Shown here one piece after another: positions 27,883 through 37,864 of a stretch of 64,000 bases of DNA. The notes under the pieces were generated by a model that searched no databases, had not been told where the DNA came from, and saw only the letters and a list, made by a program, of their open reading frames with translations. The stretch lies in contig JAHRWD010000014.1 of the NCBI GenBank assembly GCA_019090315.1, forward strand, positions 66,011 to 130,010, in the 5' to 3' direction. Numbering within the stretch: position 1 is the stretch's first letter; the number at the start of each line of letters is the position of its first letter. Position numbers and translations under genes: made by a program. The DNA is from Pseudomonadales bacterium (GTDB lineage Bacteria; Pseudomonadota; Gammaproteobacteria; Pseudomonadales; JAHRWD01).

Positions 27883-27923
27883 ATTTCTTCAATGTGGTTA
27901 GAAATGCACCGCAGAGGGGTACA

Positions 27924-28298
27924 TCAATCCGCCATACCCTCTGGGATATTCTGACCCTGGGTCCAGGCATCAAAACCACCTTCCAGATTCAGAACTCTCT
28001 GAAATCCCATACGCTTGAGGGTCGCTCCTGCTAACGCACTACGACCACCGCTTTTGCAGTACACCAGAACCGGCAATGCACGATCAGAAAATTTTGGATG
28101 GGATTCAATCATGAATTCCAGCAGGCCACGGGATATATGCTCGGCACCATCGATATGGCCGGCATCAAATTCCACTTTCTCTCGTATATCAAGCAGCGCC
28201 ACCTGACGACTTTCCAGCAGGCTTTGTGCCTCGGTCATATTCACCTGCTCCAACTGGGCCATCGCTTCCAGCATCATCTCTTTTGCAGTAACCGTCAT
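27924..28298 (-). CDS. single-domain rhodanese sulfurtransferase
   Basis: Active-site loop CKSGGRS. The ATG at 28298 is preceded by ggagag. The longer ORF start at 28352 lacks an RBS. Confidence 0.8.
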   Translation of the reverse strand: MTVTAKEMMLEAMAQLEQVNMTEAQSLLESRQVALLDIREKVEFDAGHIDGAEHISRGLLEFMIESHPKFSDRALPVLVYCKSGGRSALAGATLKRMGFQRVLNLEGGFDAWTQGQNIPEGMAD

Positions 28299-28589
28299 TT
28301 CGACTCTCCAGGCTATATTGAACAACCGAGTATATGCAAAATACAGGTGCATTAGAAGACGTATGACCAGCGTCTGATTCCAATCAGTTTAAAAGCTACT
28401 AATACAGTTTTCGCGACATGCCGATCTATTTCGGGCGTGCCAATTCCTGGAAGAAACTGTTAATATTGTTCGCTATTCCCACATACAGAATCTATTGTCC
28501 AGACCAAAATAAAACCAATAAAAGTCAATCGCACAATAAACTGAAAACACTAAACGAGTGTCACCCAGATCGTTACGAGAAATAATTTT

Positions 28590-29594
28590 ATGAGTATTAA
28601 AAGGTTCGGATGTGGGTTATTGATAACGTTGAGCTTTTCAACCGGTTATGCAGAACCAGTCAACGATATCGATCTGAAAAAGTGCATGCAGGAAAAGATA
28701 TTAAATGCCGATCCAGCTGCTACGGCCGGGAAAATTGAGCAAGACTGCAAAACCATACTGGGTACAGCCGATTCAGAAATAGAGGAATATTCCGCCATAC
28801 AGGAACGCAACAAAAAGGAAGCCACAACCGAATGGAATCCATTCGTAATCACCCCCTACAGAAGCAACTACATACTGCCCTATAGCTACTACAATGCCCC
28901 CGTGGACAACACAGACCTTGAGCAAGCGGATCTACTGGACAACGAGGAGATCAAACTACAAATCAGTTTAAAAGTCCCGCTGACAACAGCTGATATGTTT
29001 ATCGAGGGTGATGGCTTATATTTTGCGTTTACTATTAAGGCATTCTGGCAAGCGTATAATGATAAAATCTCTTCTCCTTTCCGGGAAACCAATTACCGGC
29101 CGGAGCTATTTTATAGTATGCCTCTGCGCAACTTATTTGATGATTCCTATAGCGCTCTGGCGATGGGTTTTGAACATGAATCCAATGGCAGAAGTCAGTT
29201 ATTAAGTCGCAGCTGGAATCGCCTTTTTATAGACTACTCTTTTTCCAGAGATAATTACCTGATCTCTTTCCGCCCCTGGTATCGCATACCGGAAAAAGAA
29301 AAAACAGAACCGTTTCAAGCCAGCGGTGATGACAATCCCGATATAGAAAAATATATGGGACATTTTGAGTTGCGAGGTGCCTGGAAGTATAACAACCAGG
29401 AAATCACCATGATGTTTCGTAATAATTTGAGATCGGATAATTATGGAGCGATAGAGCTAAACTATAGCTTTCCACTGTGGGGCAGGCTTCGTGGCCTGGT
29501 ACAGTATTATAATGGCTACGGTGAAAGCCTGATTGATTACAATCATCGAGTTGAGCGGATAGGTATTGGGTTTTTACTCACCAATGCGATATAG
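28590..29594 (+). CDS. pldA: outer-membrane phospholipase A
   Basis: Has a signal peptide and the catalytic block of OMPLA (FEHESNGRS). The beta-barrel pattern is present and the size is typical. Confidence 0.85.
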   Translation: MSIKRFGCGLLITLSFSTGYAEPVNDIDLKKCMQEKILNADPAATAGKIEQDCKTILGTADSEIEEYSAIQERNKKEATTEWNPFVITPYRSNYILPYSYYNAPVDNTDLEQADLLDNEEIKLQISLKVPLTTADMFIEGDGLYFAFTIKAFWQAYNDKISSPFRETNYRPELFYSMPLRNLFDDSYSALAMGFEHESNGRSQLLSRSWNRLFIDYSFSRDNYLISFRPWYRIPEKEKTEPFQASGDDNPDIEKYMGHFELRGAWKYNNQEITMMFRNNLRSDNYGAIELNYSFPLWGRLRGLVQYYNGYGESLIDYNHRVERIGIGFLLTNAI

Positions 29595-29650
29595 AACAAA
29601 CTGGAAAGAGTCGTTTATCACGAATTGCTCGTCACATCGAACAGTGAGTG

Positions 29651-29923
29651 TTAGTCAAAGCACTCTACAAATTTTAGCCCCGCACCTGCGTGTTCAAGGC
29701 GCACAACTTCCATCTCCCGGATTGGAGCCTCAACCGGCATACCCTGCATCTGCACATTGAGCACCGTACCCACGGACAGATCTATCCTTCCATCAACCAC
29801 TATAAATATCCCTCCATCTGATATGTCGCGTACCGTTACCGTGAGTGGCTCCATATCTCCGTGGGCAATACTTACCTTTGCCTGAAAAGGTATTCGTGTA
29901 CTTTGTCGTTTGTCTATTGTCAT
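29651..29923 (-). CDS. stand-alone PilZ domain protein (c-di-GMP binding)
   Basis: Contains RxxxR (RQSTR) and DxSxxG (DISDGG) motifs in a 90-aa protein. Confidence 0.7.
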   Translation of the reverse strand: MTIDKRQSTRIPFQAKVSIAHGDMEPLTVTVRDISDGGIFIVVDGRIDLSVGTVLNVQMQGMPVEAPIREMEVVRLEHAGAGLKFVECFD

Positions 29924-30070
29924 TATTTATTGGTTATAGTGTTAGCTTGCCGGCACTGCCAAATTAGCAGTATGGGCAAGTATAGTTACAATCCTGCCTA
30001 TGCCCACTTTCTACATGATAAAAACTGACATCACCAATAATCCTACTGCGAACGATAAGAGTTAAACCGG

Positions 30071-31015
30071 TCACCCAGTAAGCCATGCAGCCCCATAAAC
30101 ACCCGCTGAGTCACCCAGCAACGCCGGCAATACAGTTGTATTCACGGCATTTGAGAACACATGTGGCGCCATCAGCACCCTGAGCTCATCATATATCTCG
30201 GATACGGCCGAGAGCCCGCCACCCAATACGATCAAAGATGGATCGAGTAAATTGACCACCTGAGCCAATGAAACTGAGAGTTGCTGCATATACTGACGCC
30301 AAACGAAAACAGCAGCGGGATCGCCTTTCCGCATCTTCGCGATAATAGTTTCAGGTGTCCGCGTATCTCCATAGCGCAATTTGTAACTAAGCGATAAACC
30401 GGGGCCGGACAAAAATGTCTCCACACAGTTTATGCGACCGCAATAGCACAGGCGACCCGACTCGGAAGAATCAATCTGAACAGATGACATAGGGTTGTGT
30501 CCCCACTCCCCAGCAATCGAGTTAATGCCTTGCAGAACCTTTCCATTTACAACAATGCCGCCGCCAACGCCAGTACCGAGAATAACGCCGAACACCGTTT
30601 CAGCTGTCGCCATTGTTGCGCCTTTGAGCGCAAATTCCTTTCCCTGACCAGACAGCGCTTCGGCCAGCGCAAAACAGTTGGCATCATTTGCCATATGCAC
30701 CGTGCAGCACAATCGCTCTATCAAATCATTCAATAACGGCCTGCCATTCAAAACTGTAGAGTTGCAGTTTTTCATCACCGCTATATTTGAATTACTCTCC
30801 AGCGTCAATGCCCCCGGTGTACCAATGCCAACAGGTGACGATAGATCTAGTTCATTTTCCTGTTTAGCATCAGCCACTAACTGGCAGATTGCCGTCAGTA
30901 CCTCTTCATATTTTCCGCCGGGTGTCGCTACTCGCTTACGCCAGATATCGACGCCTTTCGAATCCAGCACGATCGCTTCTATTTTTGTACCACCTAGGTC
31001 AATACCAAGTTTCAT
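30071..31015 (-). CDS. ROK-family sugar kinase (NagK/Mak-like)
   Basis: Contains DLGGTK at the N-terminus, the ROK zinc motif CYCGRINCVE, and GEWGH. Confidence 0.85.
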   Translation of the reverse strand: MKLGIDLGGTKIEAIVLDSKGVDIWRKRVATPGGKYEEVLTAICQLVADAKQENELDLSSPVGIGTPGALTLESNSNIAVMKNCNSTVLNGRPLLNDLIERLCCTVHMANDANCFALAEALSGQGKEFALKGATMATAETVFGVILGTGVGGGIVVNGKVLQGINSIAGEWGHNPMSSVQIDSSESGRLCYCGRINCVETFLSGPGLSLSYKLRYGDTRTPETIIAKMRKGDPAAVFVWRQYMQQLSVSLAQVVNLLDPSLIVLGGGLSAVSEIYDELRVLMAPHVFSNAVNTTVLPALLGDSAGVYGAAWLTG

Positions 31016-31038
31016 ATCTTTACTCTGAAATTATTAAC
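30924..31038. repeat. direct repeat copy A (5' end plus RBS region of the intact ROK kinase gene)
   Basis: My hand alignment to 33559-33673 is 115 nt, ungapped, with 9 mismatches. Weaker similarity continues about 25 nt further into the gene. Confidence 0.85.
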
Positions 31039-31340
31039 TGGGCAAACTATTCTTCGGCATCACGATCACCAATCATAATGTACTTCTGCAGAATGGTTGA
31101 ACCCAAAATTTAGAACAATTTTTCTGGTCACCCTATACAAAACCATATAACGATTTACAGCTCACACAATCAATAATCAAGCAATTTTAATCGCCCACAG
31201 AACAGGCCTATATACGAAACACACACAGGAAAATCATCTATATTTTGTATGTTAGTATCCTAATCGATAAAGTGTGCTCCCATCGATATAAAACTAATAC
31301 GTAAACATTTTGTTCCGTTTAATTAACGCTGTCAGGTCAA

Positions 31341-31832
31341 ATGATGAAAGCTATCCTATTCCTGGTTACTGCTGCACTAGTAACATCCTGTGCAACACTT
31401 ACCACTGAAAACCCTATCTCTGGTCACATTATTGATTCTGGGGTTATTGCGTATAAAGATATCACCCATGTGTATCAAGTAGGCAATAGAAAAGCTTCTG
31501 AAGCTAGCGGCTTACATATTTCAAATTCTACCTCACTTATTCCCTTGGAACTCGGTTCAGCATTTGGAATGCGATGGGAAATCAGCGGATTATCTGATCA
31601 CAGCGAAGTTACGGTTCGGTATGAGGCTCATCACCCCCCAATGACTACTGAAGCTGGCGAAATATCGACCGGAATTGTCGAGTATTTGCCACATGCTGTT
31701 TACGATGGGAAGGTCAGCTCAATAGATGGGTTTCAGTTTTCGGAAGAATTCGAATTGGTTGCTGGTATATATATGATTTCCATCAGCTATAAGAACGTTA
31801 ACCTTGAAAGCCATTTTGAAGTAGGCATGTAA
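31341..31832 (+). CDS. small lipoprotein, DUF3859-like
   Basis: Has the lipobox LVTSC. The pattern GMRWEISG...HHPPM...F.FSEEFELVAGIYMISI recalls DUF3859 (from memory). Confidence 0.45.
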   Translation: MMKAILFLVTAALVTSCATLTTENPISGHIIDSGVIAYKDITHVYQVGNRKASEASGLHISNSTSLIPLELGSAFGMRWEISGLSDHSEVTVRYEAHHPPMTTEAGEISTGIVEYLPHAVYDGKVSSIDGFQFSEEFELVAGIYMISISYKNVNLESHFEVGM

Positions 31833-32069
31833 CAAATACAGTCGGCCGAACTACATGTAGAATCAGTTAAATCACGCGTGCTAGTGATAGCCTTATTGCT
31901 TATTGCTCCAACAATAGCCTCGGCTAGTTATGGCAGCGTATGTCTCAACTGAATAGGCACCATCACTTGTTCCGAACAAAACTACTAAACGCATAAGATC
32001 GACATCCAAAAAATACCCGCCCTTTCTTCAAACGATTACCATCCAACTTCATAATCAGGCTTGATAACA

Positions 32070-32831
32070 ATGAACAAGAAAGAACTAATCTCTAAATTGT
32101 TGAAAGGCCTCGAAACAGGTGATCCAGAATCCGTAGCTGTCGTCAACGAAGAAAAATATATCCAGCACAATCCTCAAACCCACGAAGGGAGTGAGGGTTT
32201 AGCGGCGCTATTTGAGCGCCTGTCCAAAACATCGCCACGGGTAAATATCGTCCGGATATTTGAAGATGGTGATTTTGTTTTCGCTCATACCGAGTATGAC
32301 TTTGCCAATCGCAATATCGGGTTTGAAATTTTTCGATTTGAAAACGGTCAAGCTGTGGAGCATTGGGATAACATTCAAAAAAGAAAGGGGCCCAATAGCG
32401 CTGGCTTTTCAATGGTTGATGGTACAACCGAAGTATCTGATCATGAATTAACGGAAACTAATCGTAGCCTCATCAAACTGTTCGTCGAGGAGGTACTGAT
32501 CCAGGGAAATGTCGATAAACTAAATGGCTATGTAAATCAGAAGCACTATACCGAGCATAATCCAAATCTTGGAAACGATTTATCTGAATTAAAGAGAATT
32601 CTATCCGGTTCCCAGAACCGTTCATTTACATCTGTTAACTATAGTAAATGTCATCGTCTCCTGGCAGAAGGTAACTTTGTTCTATCGGTTTGCGAAGGGC
32701 ATGTCGGTACTGTTCACTGCTCATTGTTTGATTTATATCGATTGGAAGGTGGAAAAATCATTGAACACTGGGACACTACTGAGGAAATCCCAGACCGCGC
32801 CCTATGGAAAAATAATAACGGCAAATTTTGA
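32070..32831 (+). CDS. tandem SnoaL-like / NTF2-fold protein
   Basis: Two homologous halves are present (KYIQHNPQTHEG...ENGQAVEHWDNIQ and HYTEHNPNLGND...EGGKIIEHWDTTE). I prefer the ATG at 32070 over the TTG at 32061. Confidence 0.6.
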   Translation: MNKKELISKLLKGLETGDPESVAVVNEEKYIQHNPQTHEGSEGLAALFERLSKTSPRVNIVRIFEDGDFVFAHTEYDFANRNIGFEIFRFENGQAVEHWDNIQKRKGPNSAGFSMVDGTTEVSDHELTETNRSLIKLFVEEVLIQGNVDKLNGYVNQKHYTEHNPNLGNDLSELKRILSGSQNRSFTSVNYSKCHRLLAEGNFVLSVCEGHVGTVHCSLFDLYRLEGGKIIEHWDTTEEIPDRALWKNNNGKF

Positions 32832-32989
32832 TCGCTCTATGGCTTCAATTTGTTCGTGCGGATGATTTAATATTTTTAAAAAATAGACCAGACACTCATC
32901 CATTAACGTGGGATGATTTATGATAAATATGTACGTACAAAGTACGGCATCAACCTGACGACAAATTCGATTTTTGTTAACCATAGGAT

Positions 32990-33458
32990 ATGGCTACGAC
33001 TCACCCAGTTGAAAAATCACTGCTTGCAGGGCTGCTTCTTGTATCAACCCAGCTTTACTCGGAAAGCTATGATTTCAAACCCGGACTATGGGAAACCACC
33101 TCGTCAATGGAGATCATAGAGATAGATGCACCGCCACCAGTCAAGAAGATGATGCGGCAGTTGTCTAACATGCCCACAGAGATTGAAACTGAGTGTATTG
33201 ATAGTATCGCTTCAATGTTTGAGCCAGACCCTGATGATACTGACGAATGTACAACAAAAACAAATCGTATCAGTGCCAATAAAATTGCATTTGAAATGCT
33301 ATGCAGTGGGCCTGATGGAACGTCCAGGGGAATTGGCGAAGTAAATTTAAACGGAAAAAACTTTAACATCCCGGCTTGATATGACCGCCTATAGCGGATC
33401 AATAACCATGAAGATGGAAGTGGTTGGTACCGGGAAGTATATCGGAGCCTGTAAATAG
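32990..33458 (+). pseudogene. DUF3617-like lipoprotein gene interrupted by a 1-nt frameshift near nt 33372-33378
   Basis: Frame 1 ends ...GEVNLNGKNFNIPA* at 33379. The +1 frame continues DMTAYSGSITMKMEVVGTGKYIGACK* to 33458, which is the expected family C-terminus. Confidence 0.5.
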
Positions 33459-33503
33459 GAGCTCAGCAAGTAAATCAGCACCTCCGCTTACGTGCAATTA
33501 TCG

Positions 33504-33650
33504 CTATTCTTTATCAATATTTTCTATGTTTGGCATCTCTTCATAGCTTCCCCTGGGGGTCGCTACCCGCTTACGCCAGATATCGACGCCTTTCGAATCC
33601 AGCACGATCGCTTCAATTCTTGTTCCACCAAGGTCAATACCAAGTTTCAT
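33504..33650 (-). pseudogene. orphan 5' fragment of a ROK kinase gene (48 codons)
   Basis: It translates to MKLGIDLGGTRIEAIVLDSKGVDIWRKRVATPRGSYEEM..., against MKLGIDLGGTKIEAIVLDSKGVDIWRKRVATPGGKYEEV... in the intact gene at 31015. Similarity then ends and a stop follows. Confidence 0.8.
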
Positions 33651-33673
33651 ATTTTTACTCTTAAATTCTCAAC
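33559..33673. repeat. direct repeat copy B (orphan ROK 5' end plus RBS region)
   Basis: Same hand alignment as copy A. The offset between the copies is 2635 bp. Confidence 0.85.
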
Positions 33674-33873
33674 GGGGCTAACTGCACACTAGGATTCCGC
33701 GGCGCAATATAGACTTCACAAAATTAGTTTTTTTACTAATCATTTACCCTCCCGGTTTTTAGATTGATTTTTATGTGTATGTGACATAAAGTCCTCCTTT
33801 ATCAGGGATAGCCTATCGTGCCTTTACAATTTGAAGGCTAAAAAAACCGAATCGTCTTACGTAAAGGAATAGC

Positions 33874-34335
33874 ATGAGAATCATCACGATAATTCTCACA
33901 TTGTTACTCACCTCCTGTTTTATTTCGGCAAAGCAGTATGTGGGTCCAGAACAATCAGCTGATAAACTCGCCATTTTGTATAATTCAGATTTGGGGAACC
34001 CAGTACAGATAAATGAAATAAATGGTAACTTTAGAGGCGTTGGATACGTTGAAAAATTTACTTTTTTACCAGGAAAAGTTTCGATACTGGCTGCATATAA
34101 CCCTGCCGACAAACCGACCCCCGGAAAACTTGATCTTGAATGTGATGTATCGTTCGTGCCTCTTACGTTTAACGCAAAAGCAGATACGAAGTATCTAATT
34201 GACTACCAGATTGACAAAGTAGATTGGACTGTTTGGATAAAAGAAGAAACGTCCAATAAAATCGTTTCTAAGAAACAAACAGGTAAAATCAAAACAAAAA
34301 GCGGTGAATATCTGATTGATCTTGGTCTGAAATAG
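33874..34335 (+). CDS. hypothetical small lipoprotein
   Basis: Has the lipobox LLTSC. I recognised no family. The local composition is AT-rich. Confidence 0.45.
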   Translation: MRIITIILTLLLTSCFISAKQYVGPEQSADKLAILYNSDLGNPVQINEINGNFRGVGYVEKFTFLPGKVSILAAYNPADKPTPGKLDLECDVSFVPLTFNAKADTKYLIDYQIDKVDWTVWIKEETSNKIVSKKQTGKIKTKSGEYLIDLGLK

Positions 34336-34451
34336 CAGTACTCCTAGCTCACCGTAAAAACAACACCTCTTTTCATCTCAGCTGACGTTAAGCATTGTGT
34401 TTTGGTCTTACCCACGAAAAGCAGACAGTATCCTCTCATCCGTGATTGTCG

Positions 34452-35627
34452 TTATCCTTTATCAACAACCCCCATGCTCGGCATCTCTTTGATAAACAGA
34501 TCCTGTTTGGCATAGGGGATTTCGATATTCTCCTCGGCCAGGCGTTTGTAGATTTCCATATAGATTTCGTGGGCCAGCCGGCCTCTGTACTCGGGATGGT
34601 CGATCCATATCAGTAGCTCAAAATCGAGACTGGAAGCACCGAACCCACGCATCCGTATCATTGGCTCTGGATAGCTACATACCTCTTTGTGAGCCTTGCC
34701 AATCTCCAGAAGAATTTCGCACACTCTATCAAGATCCGAACCGTAGGCTACACCCACCTGAATACGATTACGCATTTTAAGATAGGGGCCACCACTCTCG
34801 TTGATGATCTTGGCATTGGCTATTACGCCATTCGGAATGGTTACCTCGACATCATCGCGGGTAAGCAGGCGCGTACTGCGTAAACCGATAGCGGTCACCT
34901 TGCCGCGCTCGCCGGTATCAAGATTGATGTAATCGCCAATTTTATAGGGCGCATCAGCAACAATAAATATTCCGGAAAACAGGTTTGCCAATGTGTCTTT
35001 GGCGGCAAAACCCACCGCAATACCTACTATGCCCGCAGATGCCAACCAGCCAACCAGGTTCACGCCCCACACCAGAAGCAGGATATAGCTGCCTACCAGG
35101 ATCGTGCCCAACTTGGCGGTTAGATCAAATAGCGGAACGGTACGGGATTCAATAATCGAAAAGCGTTGTTGGTTGCCCAGGGTACCCAGCAATGAGGTTG
35201 AGATCCGGAACAGCGCACGCATCCAGTTGATGACGATCAGAGACAGCAGAGTATTGATCATCAGGTGAGAGCCAATGGCGAACTTTGCCGCATCTACCGC
35301 AAGTGTAAAACCGAAAAAAAGAACGGTGATATATACCGGTTTACGTAGATGTTCCAGCAGCTGATCATCAAACAATACGCGCGTAGCACCGGTAAGGTGA
35401 GCCAATGCCCGAAAAACCACAAAACGCATGGTAAGGGCAAACACTACCGACAACAGCGCCACTACCAATCCCTCAAGCAGCGGGCTGCCTGCAACCAGTT
35501 GCCAAAATGGCATCCAGGATTCCGGCAACCAGTCGATAATACGAGGCAGTTGATCCGCCAGTAACTCTACCTCCAGCTGTTCACTCACCTCTGTTGCAGT
35601 TTTCGCTGTAGTTATTTGTTCTGGCAT
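34452..35627 (-). CDS. MscS-family mechanosensitive channel
   Basis: Has multiple N-terminal TM helices. The MscS pore/beta-domain pattern follows (FAAKDTLANLFSGIFIVADAPYKIGDYI...VTAIGLRSTRL). Confidence 0.85.
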   Translation of the reverse strand: MPEQITTAKTATEVSEQLEVELLADQLPRIIDWLPESWMPFWQLVAGSPLLEGLVVALLSVVFALTMRFVVFRALAHLTGATRVLFDDQLLEHLRKPVYITVLFFGFTLAVDAAKFAIGSHLMINTLLSLIVINWMRALFRISTSLLGTLGNQQRFSIIESRTVPLFDLTAKLGTILVGSYILLLVWGVNLVGWLASAGIVGIAVGFAAKDTLANLFSGIFIVADAPYKIGDYINLDTGERGKVTAIGLRSTRLLTRDDVEVTIPNGVIANAKIINESGGPYLKMRNRIQVGVAYGSDLDRVCEILLEIGKAHKEVCSYPEPMIRMRGFGASSLDFELLIWIDHPEYRGRLAHEIYMEIYKRLAEENIEIPYAKQDLFIKEMPSMGVVDKG

Positions 35628-35850
35628 CAGGTATTCCGTTTCATGGTTGGGATAGATACATCACTTTAGACAAAGAATAAAACATCCATCGCTTCTGATC
35701 TATCGATAATCGATTTGCTGCTCTCACTCCTCCACAACGATCCATCATTTAATCAACTCTTAACAGAACCTTCATGCAATTGACACATGGCAGGATAAAA
35801 GTAGTGCCCATGAAAAAACCGATATTCCATCGTTTAACCATGGTGCTGCT

Positions 35851-36636
35851 ATGAGCTCAGATCGTTACCAGACTGTTTTTATCTCCGACATTCACCTGGG
35901 ATTCAAGGGGTGTCAGGCCGAGGAGTTGCTGGAGTTCCTAAACACCATAGAAACAAAAACCCTTTATCTGGTGGGCGACATCATTGATGTCTGGCAGATG
36001 AAGAAAGGGGTCTATTGGCCACAGTCCCACAACAATGTGCTAAGAAAGATATTTGGAATGGCCAAAACGGGCACCCGAATTATCTACATTCCGGGAAATC
36101 ACGATGAGATATTTCGTGAGTATGATGGCTCCAGCTTCGGCAATATCGAAATCAAAAAAAATGCGATCCATCGACTTGCCAACGGCAAACAGATGCTGGT
36201 AATGCATGGAGATGAACTGGATGCGGTTGTTCAATCCAGCAAACTGGTTGCGATGGCCGGAAGCACTTTGTATGACTGGTTATTGAAGGCCAACTATTGG
36301 CTTAATCTAGTCCGCAGGAAATTAGGGTTTAAATATTGGTCTCTCTCGGCATGCATCAAACACAAGGTTAAAAATGCCGTAAGTTATATCAGCAACTTTG
36401 AACAGGCCCTGACCTATGAAGCTAAACGACGAGGTGTTGATGGCTTGATATGCGGGCACATCCATCACGCGGAGATCAGCGAAATTGACGGCTTAACCTA
36501 TTGCAACGATGGTGACTGGGTGGAGAGCTGCACAGCACTTACCGAGGATTTTGAAGGCAACCTTGAGATTCTTCACTGGATGGATCGAAAAGATACGGTT
36601 CAGCTGACGGTAGTTTCAAAGGATAAAGCGGCATGA
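35851..36636 (+). CDS. LpxH-like calcineurin-type metallophosphoesterase (UDP-2,3-diacylglucosamine diphosphatase family)
   Basis: Contains the motifs SDIHLG, GDIIDVW, GNHD, HGD and GHIH. Confidence 0.75.
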   Translation: MSSDRYQTVFISDIHLGFKGCQAEELLEFLNTIETKTLYLVGDIIDVWQMKKGVYWPQSHNNVLRKIFGMAKTGTRIIYIPGNHDEIFREYDGSSFGNIEIKKNAIHRLANGKQMLVMHGDELDAVVQSSKLVAMAGSTLYDWLLKANYWLNLVRRKLGFKYWSLSACIKHKVKNAVSYISNFEQALTYEAKRRGVDGLICGHIHHAEISEIDGLTYCNDGDWVESCTALTEDFEGNLEILHWMDRKDTVQLTVVSKDKAA

Positions 36637-37688
36637 AAATTGTCATCGTTTCCGATGCCTGGCACCCACAAATTAACGGTGTTGTAACCACATTAACAGA
36701 GGTCAGTGCCTGGCTTACAGAACAGGGGCATGAAGTAAGCTGCATCAACCCCGAGCTGTTCAAAACGTTTTCCTGCCCTGGTTACAGCTCCATTCAGCTT
36801 GCACCTTTCTCTCACAATAAAATAGAAAGATTATTGCTGGATACACAACCCGGCGCGATCCATATTGCTACCGAAGGCCCTCTGGGTTTGGCAGCAAGAA
36901 AATTCTGCGTTAAACGCAACATACCCTTTTCAACCTCATACCATACGCAATTTCCCGAATATATTAATATGCGTATCGGGCTGCCCACTGCCATCACATA
37001 CCGATTTTTGCGATGGTTTCATAGCGGTGCGGAGTGCACCCTTGTTACTACCAAATCAATGAAAACCCTACTCGGAAATGAAGGCTTCGAAAATCTCAAG
37101 GTGTGGTCAAGAGGGGTAGACAGCTCCCTGTTTTATCCACGGAATCAGGTTACATTAAAATCTGAAAATCCGATCGCAATGTATATGGGCCGGGTTGCTG
37201 TTGAAAAAAATATTGAAGATTTTTTAACGCTTGATCTGGCGATAGATAAATATGTTGTGGGTGATGGACCGGATCGAGCACGTCTGGAAAAACATTATCC
37301 CGATACAACATTCGTTGGTTTTAAAAAGGGAGATGAGTTAGTGGAATATATCTCTTCAGCAGATGTATTCGTATTTCCTAGTACAACCGACACCTTTGGA
37401 ATTGTGTTGATTGAAGCCATGGCTTGCGGTGTTCCGGTCGCCGCTTACCCGGTTCAGGGGCCTATCGATATTCTTGAGCAAGGTGTAACCGGTGTAATGG
37501 ATGATGACCTCGAATATGCGGTTACACAGGCGCTCAAATTAAATCCGGAGGATTGCATTCAGGCAGCAAAACAATTTCGTTGGGAACACTGTGCGAAACA
37601 ATTTCAGGACTGGTTAATTCCGATTCCAGAATCAATGTATAAAGCGCTATGCCAAAGGGAAAAACATAAAATGGCCAAGGATATGTAA
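36633..37688 (+). CDS. GT4-family (GT-B) glycosyltransferase
   Basis: The N-terminus is KIVIVSDAWHPQINGV and the E-x7-E region is FPSTTDTFGIVLIEAMACGVPV. An ATGA overlap links it to the upstream gene. Confidence 0.8.
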   Translation: MKIVIVSDAWHPQINGVVTTLTEVSAWLTEQGHEVSCINPELFKTFSCPGYSSIQLAPFSHNKIERLLLDTQPGAIHIATEGPLGLAARKFCVKRNIPFSTSYHTQFPEYINMRIGLPTAITYRFLRWFHSGAECTLVTTKSMKTLLGNEGFENLKVWSRGVDSSLFYPRNQVTLKSENPIAMYMGRVAVEKNIEDFLTLDLAIDKYVVGDGPDRARLEKHYPDTTFVGFKKGDELVEYISSADVFVFPSTTDTFGIVLIEAMACGVPVAAYPVQGPIDILEQGVTGVMDDDLEYAVTQALKLNPEDCIQAAKQFRWEHCAKQFQDWLIPIPESMYKALCQREKHKMAKDM

Positions 37689-37761
37689 CTTTTTAATATT
37701 CACAAATTTCAATCGATCTAGTTCGCTAGTATGCGGCCTGGAGTCAGTCAATTTAACACAT

Positions 37762-37790
37762 AAAAAACCCGCAACTTTTGCGGGTTTTTT
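37762..37790. terminator. bidirectional rho-independent terminator
   Basis: aaaaaacccgcaa-cttt-tgcgggtttttt lies between the convergent glycosyltransferase and 1109-aa lipoprotein genes. Confidence 0.8.
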
Positions 37791-37864
37791 GCCTTTTCCA
37801 TTTCCTTTGGCAAAGGCTTTTTTTTGATCGGGGAACTGGCTCCTTGCAGTTACCCGATCAACCA

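Noticed and set aside
33492-33692. A 66-aa plus-strand ORF.
   Set aside because: It is the antisense shadow of the duplicated ROK kinase 5' fragment. The similarity to the kinase is on the opposite strand.
31016-34450. A search for an integrase, transposase, tRNA attachment site or terminal inverted repeats around the AT-rich islet.
   Set aside because: None was found by eye. The only structural evidence for mobility is the 115-nt direct repeat, so I did not call a mobile element.
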